Part shown: positions 1 through 8,728 of the stretch, piece by piece
Position numbering within the stretch: position 1 is the first letter of the stretch
How the letters are laid out: every line of letters starts with the position of its first letter
Virus record (IMG/VR): IMGVR_UViG_3300009149_000034
Span: 1-62,997 of that record
Origin: a virus
Lineage: Duplodnaviria; Caudoviricetes
Reading direction: 5' to 3' (one strand)
Length of the DNA: 62,997 nt
Position numbers and translations under genes: made by a program
The notes under the pieces: model-generated
What the model saw: the letters and a program-made list of their open reading frames with translations, nothing else
Database searches by the model: none
What the model was told of the DNA's origin: nothing

Positions 1-339
1 TCCCGTACACGAACAATCTTCTCTAAAAGATACTTGTGCTTTTTCTTTAACGCGTTGTTCTCAGTATCATAAACAATGTCAGTTATAGGATACTCACCAA
101 ACTTACGTAAAGCAGAGTAAATATGTGTACTGTTATAAAACAGAAATTCGGACCACTTGAATACGTCTTTCAACCTTCGCGGGGTATATAACTGACTTTG
201 CGTATAGTACGGGCTCGAGTGCGGCGCTGTATTTCTACTCCAGTAAGGATCAGTGAAGCTCCAAGGATCTGACATCAGATAACTCCTTTACAGGATGCTG
301 AATTTATCGAAATAATAGGTTAATTTAGGAGTAACCGAT

Positions 340-2370
340 ATGGAAATAGCTTTCGATCTACTAAACAAAGTTCCCATTTTTGTTTCCCCTGATGCTTCCG
401 CAATGTGGAATCGCGTTTTTGGGGCTACTTACAACCCTAAAAGAGAGAAGTGGTTATTCCCAGCCTTCCCTCCATTTAAAGAGAGAGTACTACACGACCT
501 AAGCAAAGTCCACAAGGCTGTATGCTTTAGTGACGACGCCCAAAGTTGGATAAACGCTAACATGAGTTTAGAAGCTTCCGAAGAGTTAGTTGAGTCACTT
601 ACCTTACCCGTGAATAACTATGAGCATCAAGATCATGGGTTGGCTAGAGTTCTTTATAACCACCGGTACATCCTGCAGTGGGGTATGGGTACGGGTAAGA
701 CTAAGGTAATTTTAGATGCCGTGCGCATTTTACGCTGTAAAACAGTTGTGCTCTGCCCTCTCGTAGCAGCTGAAAATTGGATAAGTGAAGGTGCGAAGTT
801 AACCCCCGATTTAAAGATCCGTGCTATGACAGGATCCCGTAAGAAGAAGTTAACGTTCTTACAAGAGGCTGATGGCGCAGATATTCTTGTGATTCCGTAT
901 GACACTGCGAAGCTGTACGGTCTCCCCACTCTAAGCGCTGGGGCTACTAAAGCGTTTAATGCACGTCTAATACACCCAACACCCACACTCAAAAAAGCAA
1001 TAGCCCGAGTGAACAACCCTGACACACAACTACGTCTTGCTCTTGAAGCTGCTAATGGCCGCAAAACACGAGACATTAACCTAGAGACGCTAGAACTCAC
1101 AAAGGATGCACCTCAATGGTTAACGGATATTGAGTACGAGATGATCGTAGCTGACGAGTCACACCGCATTAAACGAATCCAAAGTGCTCGCACTAAAGCG
1201 TGTCTTAAGTTAGCTACGCGAGCTGCACGGCGATACTTATTGAGCGGTACACTAGATCTTGGGGATCCTCGTAACCTTTACCCTCAGTTTAAGTTCTTAG
1301 CTAAGTACCTAATGCCCGATGACTGGAGAACTTTTTGCGGTAAATACGTAGAAATGGCTCCATGGAATAAACACATTGTTAAGGGCTTTAAGAATGTACA
1401 CGTCTTAAATAAGAAGCTCTCTGAAGTATCCGACAAACGAACACTTGATGACTGCGTTGATATGCCCGAACGCATATTCAAAGACATTTTCTTCGATCTT
1501 TCTCCTGGACAACAGCGAGTCTATAATGACCTGGTATTAGGCGGGTTTATAGAACGCCCCGATCAAGAGCCCTATGAAGTTCCTAATGGGGCGGTAAAGG
1601 TCAATAAGCTCCTACAAGTAAGTAGTGGGTTTGTGTATGTTCCTAAGGACACCACCGTATGTGACACCTGTGTACATGTGCAAAAGTGTGTAGAGGATAG
1701 TATAGCCCCAGGGAGTTCTAGGTGTGTAGTAGACGTAGATATCGAAAGAGAAACGTTGCGGTTTGCCGACAATCCTAAACTCAAGATACTAGCGGATCTT
1801 CTCGAGGATATCCAAAGTGACCAGGTACCTAAAGTCATTGTGTGGGCGGAGTATCATGAGGAAATGGACGCAATTGAGCGACTCTTGATTAAACAAAAGA
1901 TAGGGTATGTACGGGTAGACGGTAAAACATCTAAACACATAGTAAAGTTCGGACGTCGTTTTCAAGAAGATCCCGAGTGTACTGTGTACTTAGGACAAAT
2001 CAAAACAGGTATCTCTGTAACTCTGACCGAAGCAGCACATATGATCTACTATGCGCGTAACTGGTACCTAGATGACTGGCTTCAATCTTTAGACCGTAAC
2101 TACCGCTTAGGTCAGACTAAGCGTATGGTGGTTTACCGCTTGTGTGCTCGGGGCACTGTCGAAGAACAACAGATCAAGGCGCTCGATATGCGACAAGACA
2201 TCTCTGCTACGCTAACTAAACGGGTAGACTGTTTAACTTGTAGTCAGTATGAGACGTGTGTAGAGAAAGAGATCTCCCCCTGGACTAATGACTGTATTCT
2301 AGATAGAAAAATGAAGCGGCACATTACTAAGGTGAAACCCATCAAACCTAAAGAGGAGAACTTGATATGA
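340..2370 (+). CDS. SNF2-family (SF2) helicase
   Basis: Walker A GMGTGKT, DESH box, LSGT motif III and C-terminal helicase motifs (RVDGKT, QSLDRNYRLGQ); AGGAG RBS upstream. Confidence 0.9.
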   Translation: MEIAFDLLNKVPIFVSPDASAMWNRVFGATYNPKREKWLFPAFPPFKERVLHDLSKVHKAVCFSDDAQSWINANMSLEASEELVESLTLPVNNYEHQDHGLARVLYNHRYILQWGMGTGKTKVILDAVRILRCKTVVLCPLVAAENWISEGAKLTPDLKIRAMTGSRKKKLTFLQEADGADILVIPYDTAKLYGLPTLSAGATKAFNARLIHPTPTLKKAIARVNNPDTQLRLALEAANGRKTRDINLETLELTKDAPQWLTDIEYEMIVADESHRIKRIQSARTKACLKLATRAARRYLLSGTLDLGDPRNLYPQFKFLAKYLMPDDWRTFCGKYVEMAPWNKHIVKGFKNVHVLNKKLSEVSDKRTLDDCVDMPERIFKDIFFDLSPGQQRVYNDLVLGGFIERPDQEPYEVPNGAVKVNKLLQVSSGFVYVPKDTTVCDTCVHVQKCVEDSIAPGSSRCVVDVDIERETLRFADNPKLKILADLLEDIQSDQVPKVIVWAEYHEEMDAIERLLIKQKIGYVRVDGKTSKHIVKFGRRFQEDPECTVYLGQIKTGISVTLTEAAHMIYYARNWYLDDWLQSLDRNYRLGQTKRMVVYRLCARGTVEEQQIKALDMRQDISATLTKRVDCLTCSQYETCVEKEISPWTNDCILDRKMKRHITKVKPIKPKEENLI

Positions 2371-2720
2371 AGATAATACTGGAACGAGAGGAACTCATAC
2401 GTCTCCTCGGTGAGGCTATGGGTGTGAACATAGCGGATGAAGATGTTGAAGTAACTACAGACCCTTTTGAAGTAATTATCAAGAAGATGACGCGTGTACA
2501 TAAAGAGGTACCGGAGTCTTCAGATAAAATAAATCCAGAGAAACAGGTACAAGAGGACATCGAAGAAGAAGAAGATCTTGATATCGCTGAATTGATGGGT
2601 GCAAGTGATTCATTAGTAAAAATAGCGCCGGTCAAAGGATCCAACAAACCTACGTTAGGACCTAACGCAACGAACAAAACTCCGCCCCCTCCGGGGCCTA
2701 GAGGTGAGGAGCAATTTTAA
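2367..2720 (+). CDS. hypothetical protein, acidic
   Basis: ATGA overlap with the helicase stop, GAGGAG RBS, abuts the next gene. Confidence 0.75.
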   Translation: MKIILEREELIRLLGEAMGVNIADEDVEVTTDPFEVIIKKMTRVHKEVPESSDKINPEKQVQEDIEEEEDLDIAELMGASDSLVKIAPVKGSNKPTLGPNATNKTPPPPGPRGEEQF

Positions 2721-3583
2721 TGACAAGCAGCATGTCGATGTATGGCGGTAAGGACTTAGTAATCCCGGATGACTTCACCGATCCAGGTTTACCTAGTAGA
2801 GGCGTATTCTCTGCGTCGCAGCATGGAATGTACCATCGGTGTCCTCGGCAATACTTTTATAGGTATATCCTAGGCGAAAAACAGAAACCCGGTATAGCCA
2901 TGACGAGAGGTAAAGCCGTACACAAGGGTGCCGAAGTTACGCATCAATCAACTATTGATACTGGTATGCCTCTCAAGAAAGAAGAAGCACTGGAAGCAGT
3001 CGCTAACGAGTTTGATAGAGATGTAGATAACATCGAATTAGAGAAAGACGATAACCCTGGGCACATTAAAGATCAGACAATACGGAACTTCAGCGTGTAC
3101 TACGATCAGGCGGTACCCATTGTACGTCCGGTCGAGGTTGAGCGCGGCTTCGCCATAAAATTTGGCACAGTACCTGTCATCGGTTTTATTGATCTTGTCG
3201 ATGAAGTTCTGGTAGAACGTGTAGAAGAGACTGATGTTCCTGGGGAAGGTCCGTTAGTTATTGAAGTTGTGTCTGACTTGAAGTTAACAGGGAAAAAGTG
3301 GGCGGCACAAAAGCTACGCCATGAACCCCAGTTAACATTTTATGCTCATGTAGTAGGCACACCTAACGTAAGAATTGACTTCTTACTTGACCTAAAGAGC
3401 GGAACTAGATACGTTCAAGAAAGGTCGTTAAGGAATCCAAATGATGTCAGGTTACTTGTAGAAGACGTGGAAGAGTCTGTGGACAATATAAAGAAGGGAC
3501 GATTCCCGCGGTGTGATCCTACGACCTGGGTATGCAATGACCGCTTCTGCGGCTTTTACGAGAAATGTAGGGGACCAAAATGA
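2720..3583 (+). CDS. PD-(D/E)XK nuclease, RecB/Cas4-like with probable Fe-S cluster
   Basis: SASQ...CPRQY at the N-terminus, E-R-G-F, GFIDLVD, DLK, QLTFY, three C-terminal Cys (CDP..WVC...FC..YEKC). Confidence 0.85.
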   Translation: MTSSMSMYGGKDLVIPDDFTDPGLPSRGVFSASQHGMYHRCPRQYFYRYILGEKQKPGIAMTRGKAVHKGAEVTHQSTIDTGMPLKKEEALEAVANEFDRDVDNIELEKDDNPGHIKDQTIRNFSVYYDQAVPIVRPVEVERGFAIKFGTVPVIGFIDLVDEVLVERVEETDVPGEGPLVIEVVSDLKLTGKKWAAQKLRHEPQLTFYAHVVGTPNVRIDFLLDLKSGTRYVQERSLRNPNDVRLLVEDVEESVDNIKKGRFPRCDPTTWVCNDRFCGFYEKCRGPK

Positions 3584-4761
3584 ACAAGAACCTCACCGAC
3601 TTTTCCTCTATGCCAGCCAAAAAGTTTTGGGATTTAGTAGCTAAGGATGGTGCTAAAGCTCAGCAAACAGTTGAGACGCTTTTCGAAAAAGCGGCGCAGC
3701 ACCTAACTACGCTAACGCAGGAGGAAGCCGTTGAGTGTCTGGATAGCTTGTTCATCTACTCTCATTACAGAATCAAAGAGCACAGTAATGTTCTTACTAA
3801 GTTCTACCCTACCAAGCAGCTAACCAAAAATAGACTGAAGAATTTAGAGTCCCTGTGGTGGGTAGACCACTTCACTGCAGGGATCTCTAAATGGTCTACA
3901 TTAAGTTGGTTCAGCTCGAATAAAACCAAGATAGGTAAAGACGGAAAGAAGAAGTACAACGGTGCCAGCACCCATTTTATACAGGGCTACCACGGATACC
4001 CCTTTTATATTATTCCTTTAATGCACGGTGCGTGGCATGAGCCCAAGAGAAACAAGGACTCCTATTCTATCGAATACGTTAACGCCGGCGGTCTGAAAAT
4101 GCACGAAGGCCGTTGGTGTTACTGGCCGCGTAAGTGGACTAGCCCCCTCCCCGTTGAATTAGTGTCTGAACTTAATCCTGTGAGGTTAGTTAAGCCGTAT
4201 AAAGAACATACGGCTATGCAACCATTCACTAAAGAGCAGTTAATCAACAGCATCATTCTGAAACGATTGATTGATAAAGCTATGCCTGAGAAGTTAGATA
4301 GATCGCGTATGAGCCAACACTCTGATTGGCGTGCATCCAAGAGTGATATGGGCCCTTTGTGGCCTCTTGAGGATGTTAATGATAGCGCCTTTGACAACTT
4401 ACCCGTTGATACATACGCGTTCATCCAAAACTACCAGGGCGAGGCTATCGAGGGTGAAAAAGCTGCTGATACCAAGGATGAGACTTCACACGACAATCCT
4501 GAATACGGTAATGATACACCGACACATGACGATGACCCTATTACTGAGGAAGACATACACCTCAGCACAGGCGAGGTTCAAGAGAAGCTAGTAAAAATAG
4601 GTATAAGGGTAGCAGTAGACAACAAGTTTGGTCCCAAGACCAAGGATGGTATAAAAGAGTTCCAACGTCGTTGGAACATAGCACATTCTACAGACCAACT
4701 AAAAGTGGATGGCATTGCAGGACCCGAGACCTGTAAACGCCTAATCAAAGAAAGCGAGTAG
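3580..4761 (+). CDS. N-acetylmuramoyl-L-alanine amidase (amidase_2-like) with C-terminal peptidoglycan-binding domain; putative endolysin
   Basis: VDHFTAG, ASTHF, AWHE..RN..SYSIE, QHSD...KSDMGP; C-terminal VDNKFGPKT..GIKEFQ...LKVDGIAGPET resembles PG_binding_1. Confidence 0.85.
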   Translation: MNKNLTDFSSMPAKKFWDLVAKDGAKAQQTVETLFEKAAQHLTTLTQEEAVECLDSLFIYSHYRIKEHSNVLTKFYPTKQLTKNRLKNLESLWWVDHFTAGISKWSTLSWFSSNKTKIGKDGKKKYNGASTHFIQGYHGYPFYIIPLMHGAWHEPKRNKDSYSIEYVNAGGLKMHEGRWCYWPRKWTSPLPVELVSELNPVRLVKPYKEHTAMQPFTKEQLINSIILKRLIDKAMPEKLDRSRMSQHSDWRASKSDMGPLWPLEDVNDSAFDNLPVDTYAFIQNYQGEAIEGEKAADTKDETSHDNPEYGNDTPTHDDDPITEEDIHLSTGEVQEKLVKIGIRVAVDNKFGPKTKDGIKEFQRRWNIAHSTDQLKVDGIAGPETCKRLIKESE

Positions 4762-4766
4762 CCCAG

Positions 4767-5075
4767 ATGCAATTCAACGAAGTGTGCGACAGGTGTGGTC
4801 GGTCTGAAGAGATCGGCGCAGACATGGATGAGCTCATCCTCCGAGTTGAGGAGAAGAAAGCTATCCAAGGTAACGCTGCAAAAATAGCGGCGTTCGTACA
4901 AAATGAAATTGACGGCCCTCTCCCCGCGGTTATCGTGATCAGTAACAACAAAATTGTTACGGTCATGGACCACCTTTGCTCCTCCAATGGAGGTAAACGC
5001 AAAGGATGCGAGGAGAGGGTGGCCACACTTATAAGTGACATCTTTTTGGATCACCCAAAGAAAGAAGAAGGCTGA
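4767..5075 (+). CDS. hypothetical protein with CxxC
   Basis: Co-directional and tightly packed; CDRC plus two further Cys. Confidence 0.7.
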   Translation: MQFNEVCDRCGRSEEIGADMDELILRVEEKKAIQGNAAKIAAFVQNEIDGPLPAVIVISNNKIVTVMDHLCSSNGGKRKGCEERVATLISDIFLDHPKKEEG

Positions 5076-5230
5076 TGGAGAAATACGGTGTAGAAGAGAA
5101 GAACGTTGAAGACAAGACGGCTGAAGATAAATCTCTCTGTCCTATCTGCGGTGGTGAGTTACGCGACACAGCTGAAACGGGTGTACTGATATGTCTAAAA
5201 TGCGGAACCGCACCATTCGAAAAGCAGTAG
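5075..5230 (+). CDS. small zinc-ribbon protein, 51 aa (absent from the ORF track)
   Basis: TGATG coupling to the previous gene; translates MEKYGVEEKNVEDKTAEDKSLCPICGGELRDTAETGVLICLKCGTAPFEKQ with CPICG and CLKCG. Confidence 0.75.
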   Translation: MEKYGVEEKNVEDKTAEDKSLCPICGGELRDTAETGVLICLKCGTAPFEKQ

Positions 5231-5442
5231 CATCTCCTAGAGAGATAGAAGCCGTTAAGTTAGATACGTTTAGAACGTTGTATTACCTAGTGTACAACGA
5301 TGATCGTGATCTTACACCGTTATCGATTGAATTATTTCATGTGTTAGGTGAGGTGCTCGAAGGCACGCCTCCAAGTCAACTCAGCCTTCATCGTATTGAC
5401 CGAGAACAGCTACTCAGAGAGTTAGCTGCTTTAGAAGATTAA
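5191..5442 (+). CDS. hypothetical protein
   Basis: Fills the gap before the ParB-like gene; start uncertain because it overlaps the zinc-ribbon ORF. Confidence 0.5.
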   Translation: MSKMRNRTIRKAVASPREIEAVKLDTFRTLYYLVYNDDRDLTPLSIELFHVLGEVLEGTPPSQLSLHRIDREQLLRELAALED

Positions 5443-5461
5443 ACACATCAAGGAGTAACTG

Positions 5462-6487
5462 ATGGAAGAGACAAAAACAGAAGAGACAGTTGTGCCCGAA
5501 ACAGCCGTGGAAGAACCCAAAACAGAAGAGAAGGCCGCGCCCAAGAAGAAGGCCGCGCCCAAGAAGAAGGCCGCGCCCAAGAAGAAGGCCGCGCCCAAGA
5601 AGAGCACGCAGATACAAAACCATGAGGTAAGTCTCCAAGACATCACGCTGACATCAGAATGGAATAGGGAGAAAGCGGGATCACTAGTTAGCCTCGTAAC
5701 GTCGCTCAAAGCGATTGGGCAGCTCGTACCTCTCGTTGTGAGGGAATCGGATAAACCCGGTAAATACATTCTAGTGGACGGTAGGCGTAGGTACATGGCG
5801 ATGAAGGAAGCAGGCATAAAAACAGCTATAGTGTCCTTCACAGATGGAGATGACGTAGTTGCTTATTCCAAAGCCATCGCCATAAACCTCAATCGTGAGG
5901 GCCACAACCCAGTGGAGATATCGGATGCTTTTGCGCATATCTCGGATGCGGGCATCAGCAATAGGGAGATAGCTAGGGCTAACGGCGTTAGTGACGCATT
6001 CGTATCCCAGCACCTGGCTCTCCGTGAACTCTCTGACGTTCTGCGGAATGAACTGAAGAAGGGCAATCTGTCTGTGTCTCAATCCAGGGAACTACTTCGT
6101 CTAGACCAAGAAGAAGATGAGGTGTTCTTTGAGCGCATGGCGCACAAGGCACTTGACGGAATGGACTCTGTAACACTCAAAGACGCGATCACCCTTTACT
6201 TCGAGAAGAAGAAGGCTAAAGAGGCAGCTAAACCCGAAAAAGGGAAGAAGAACAAGAAGGCTACGCCGTCAAAGAACGAGGGTGAGAAGAGCGAAGGTGG
6301 TCGTGGTAGGCCTATAGCTGTTCGAGATTTCGCTAAAGTACCTATCAAGTACATTAAGGCGGATGAGACTCGTCAACTGTTAACAGACATGGAAGAGAAG
6401 AAAGCCAAATCCTCCTCAACGCTGAATCAGAAGTATCTCAAAGGGTACATTGACGGTGCGATGGCAGTTGCTGGCCTGAAGGATTAG
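5462..6487 (+). CDS. ParB/Spo0J-like protein with N-terminal lysine-rich repeats
   Basis: GQLVPLVVR...YILVDGRRRYMA ParB motif, then NLNREGHNPVE and an HTH (NREIARANGVSDAFVSQHL); AAGGAG RBS. Confidence 0.88.
   Translation: MEETKTEETVVPETAVEEPKTEEKAAPKKKAAPKKKAAPKKKAAPKKSTQIQNHEVSLQDITLTSEWNREKAGSLVSLVTSLKAIGQLVPLVVRESDKPGKYILVDGRRRYMAMKEAGIKTAIVSFTDGDDVVAYSKAIAINLNREGHNPVEISDAFAHISDAGISNREIARANGVSDAFVSQHLALRELSDVLRNELKKGNLSVSQSRELLRLDQEEDEVFFERMAHKALDGMDSVTLKDAITLYFEKKKAKEAAKPEKGKKNKKATPSKNEGEKSEGGRGRPIAVRDFAKVPIKYIKADETRQLLTDMEEKKAKSSSTLNQKYLKGYIDGAMAVAGLKD
5531..5602 (+). repeat. perfect 18-bp tandem repeat x4 (AAGGCCGCGCCCAAGAAG) encoding KAAPKK
   Basis: Read directly from the sequence. 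Confidence 0.97.
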
Positions 6488-6489
6488 TC

Positions 6490-7518
6490 TCACCAAGCAA
6501 CATCTTCCAACGCTTTGATATCCCGACGTTTGAGTTCGCTACGTAGTTCTCTTAAAGTACGCTCTTTTATCTGTCGTACACGCTCAGGCGTTATGCCCGT
6601 TATCGCAGATAATTGAGGTAGACTCTTAGGTTCAGAGCGACGCTCAAACGTCGGCATGTCATAATAGCGAAGAATTATAAACTTATCGCGGGGTCTGAGG
6701 TTCAAACAGTTTAATGTTTTACGCAGTAATTGAGAGGTATCAGCCCCTACTGAGTCCCTCTCAATATTAGTATCATCGGTTAAAACTAAATCATCCATAG
6801 GCAAGGTGGTATTCAGAGTTTCAGTTTTCAATATGGGTACGAACTCGTGCTCCGAACTCTCTGGACACTCACTGTATGGCGCATTCCGTAATGATCCTTC
6901 TATGCGTAAATCGCAGTGACGACATATATATGCCCCGTGTTTTCTTAACTTCTGTTGTTCTTTTCTTTTATGCGATGGCAGATGAACTGTTGAATTAGAG
7001 TTAATCTCGTCCATCATCTCTTTACGCACCCACCATGCTGCGTATGTAAGAAACTTAGTTTTTATCTTAACATCGAACTTATCTACCGCGATCATGAGAC
7101 CAACATTTCCTGCGGAAATGAGTTCTAGTAGCTGTTCAAAGTTAGGAGAAAAAGACTTAGCGGTCTTTACAACGAATCGGAGGTTGGCGTTTATCAATTC
7201 TTCTCGTGCCTCTACGTCGCGGTCTGAGCCGCAAAGTGGGCAGTACTCAGGAGATATGTAAACGTCAAATTTAGTATTGCAATTACAACATGAGCATAGA
7301 CGTCCCCTAGTACGTTTAGGTAGCGGATCGCCACACTCTGGGCACCCCTTCCGCTTAACTTTCAAAGGAAAGTATTTATTGCAATGAGGACAAGTGCGGT
7401 AACGTATTAATAGTTTACGCTCTTGTTCATATGTTAATACTGGATGTTTACTTAGATCGTCGTAATACGTTTGGTATATGCGTGAAACATTCACATCCGG
7501 TGTAGCAGAATTGTACAT
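6490..7518 (-). CDS. sigma70-family RNA polymerase sigma factor with zinc-ribbon insertions
   Basis: Region 1.2 (YYDDLSKHPVLTYEQE), region 2 (ELINANLRFVVKTAK, LISAGNVGLMIAVDKFD, KFLTYAAWWVR), region 4 (GITPERVRQIKERTLRELR). Confidence 0.92.
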   Translation of the reverse strand: MYNSATPDVNVSRIYQTYYDDLSKHPVLTYEQERKLLIRYRTCPHCNKYFPLKVKRKGCPECGDPLPKRTRGRLCSCCNCNTKFDVYISPEYCPLCGSDRDVEAREELINANLRFVVKTAKSFSPNFEQLLELISAGNVGLMIAVDKFDVKIKTKFLTYAAWWVRKEMMDEINSNSTVHLPSHKRKEQQKLRKHGAYICRHCDLRIEGSLRNAPYSECPESSEHEFVPILKTETLNTTLPMDDLVLTDDTNIERDSVGADTSQLLRKTLNCLNLRPRDKFIILRYYDMPTFERRSEPKSLPQLSAITGITPERVRQIKERTLRELRSELKRRDIKALEDVAW

Positions 7519-7562
7519 CTACATCCTCCTCTGCATGTGTTCTACATTCTGTCAGAATGTAA

Positions 7563-7591
7563 TTGACTTGTCCAGAGGCCTGCCGTATGGT
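7563..7591 (+). promoter_or_regulatory. candidate sigma70-type promoter for the SSB-like gene
   Basis: TTGACT-17 bp-TATGGT about 30 bp upstream of ATG 7622. Confidence 0.55.
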
Positions 7592-7621
7592 GAAAACTCA
7601 CCATTCAAGGAGACGTAAACA

Positions 7622-8653
7622 ATGCCAAAAAAAGAGAAAAGTAACGCCAAAAATGAGACAACAGACGCAACGGAGACAACAGACGCAATTGAGAAAGTAG
7701 AAACTACAACAACAGAATTAGCGCCTTCTAATTCAACATCTGGGTACGCATCTCCCGTCTTGGAAGACCTGGCTAAGAGTAATCCCAACCCGCTATTCAA
7801 AGCTAACTTGGGATCAAAATTAACAAAGACCTCCAAGCCTTCCCTTTCTAAGATAGTCAGCGCTCTCAGTGCACTCCCTATGGAGACACAAGAGAATCTC
7901 AACGCTCTCTTGAAGAAGATGAGTACTGACAGGGTAGGTATGATCCTGTCGGATGATCGTCCTCAGTTTACTGAGCTACGTGTTTTTCACGGATCTGGGA
8001 ATGATCCGAATCGCCCAGAGAACTGCTTAGTGGGACACTTCTACCTCACATCCCGAGTTAACGTAGGTGCCGAGTTCGTCGGTACACCCATCGCGCTCTG
8101 GCAAGGTAGAACAATGTGGCCCGGTCAAGATGAAGGTCGTAAGTCTCCCATCTGTAGTAGTATGGATCGTAAGGTGGGTAGTAAGTACAGTGAGTGTGAT
8201 ACATGTCCCAACCGCCCTTGGAAAGATGGGCAACGCACAAACTGCAATAATGACGTAGTAGTATTCATGCTGAGTAAAGACCTAGACGAGCTGGTTATGG
8301 TGCGCTTTGCGCGTATATCCGCCAGTGGTGGTGAGCAACTTATCTCACAAGCTAAGCGCACCTTAGTCCCATGGCAACGATGGTTTAGCTTGACCAATGA
8401 AAAGAAGTCCTCGGGTGACTATAGATGGTATGAGATCAAAGCTGCCCCGCTGGATGAAGATGCCACAGTAGATCCCGCTCTGATGGAGGTAGGAGCCATA
8501 CTTAATGATATGGCGATGCATGACATGATCCTACCTGGGTTGGCCTATATCTATAGGTCTGCGCAGAACGCCATTACAGGTGATGGGGATGACGAGGGTG
8601 ACGCGGGTGAGTCCAAATCAGGAGACTCTGACGCTGAAGACTTCGACATGTAA
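7622..8653 (+). CDS. putative single-stranded DNA-binding/annealing protein
   Basis: Located in the replication module; CSSMD...CDTCP...C motif; strongly acidic tail ending EDFDM; own promoter and terminator. Confidence 0.55.
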   Translation: MPKKEKSNAKNETTDATETTDAIEKVETTTTELAPSNSTSGYASPVLEDLAKSNPNPLFKANLGSKLTKTSKPSLSKIVSALSALPMETQENLNALLKKMSTDRVGMILSDDRPQFTELRVFHGSGNDPNRPENCLVGHFYLTSRVNVGAEFVGTPIALWQGRTMWPGQDEGRKSPICSSMDRKVGSKYSECDTCPNRPWKDGQRTNCNNDVVVFMLSKDLDELVMVRFARISASGGEQLISQAKRTLVPWQRWFSLTNEKKSSGDYRWYEIKAAPLDEDATVDPALMEVGAILNDMAMHDMILPGLAYIYRSAQNAITGDGDDEGDAGESKSGDSDAEDFDM

Positions 8654-8662
8654 GTAACGCTC

Positions 8663-8714
8663 GAGAAGGGAGGGAGGCACACTATATAGTGTCTCCCTCT
8701 TCTTCTCTTTTTTT
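8663..8714 (+). terminator. intrinsic terminator
   Basis: GAGAAGGGAGGGAGGCAC / GTGTCTCCCTCTTCTTCTC stem followed by a T run. Confidence 0.8.
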
Positions 8715-8728
8715 CGAAGGAGTAACCC

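Noticed and set aside
1-339. Possible structured RNA in the leading non-coding region (ATCTG/CAGAT hairpin near 267-280)
   Set aside because: Only one or two short stems, and the upstream context is cut off by the window edge; more simply a divergent promoter region.
5531-5602. CRISPR array
   Set aside because: Contiguous 18-bp coding repeats with no spacers; the Cas4-like genes have no cas1/cas2 or array nearby.
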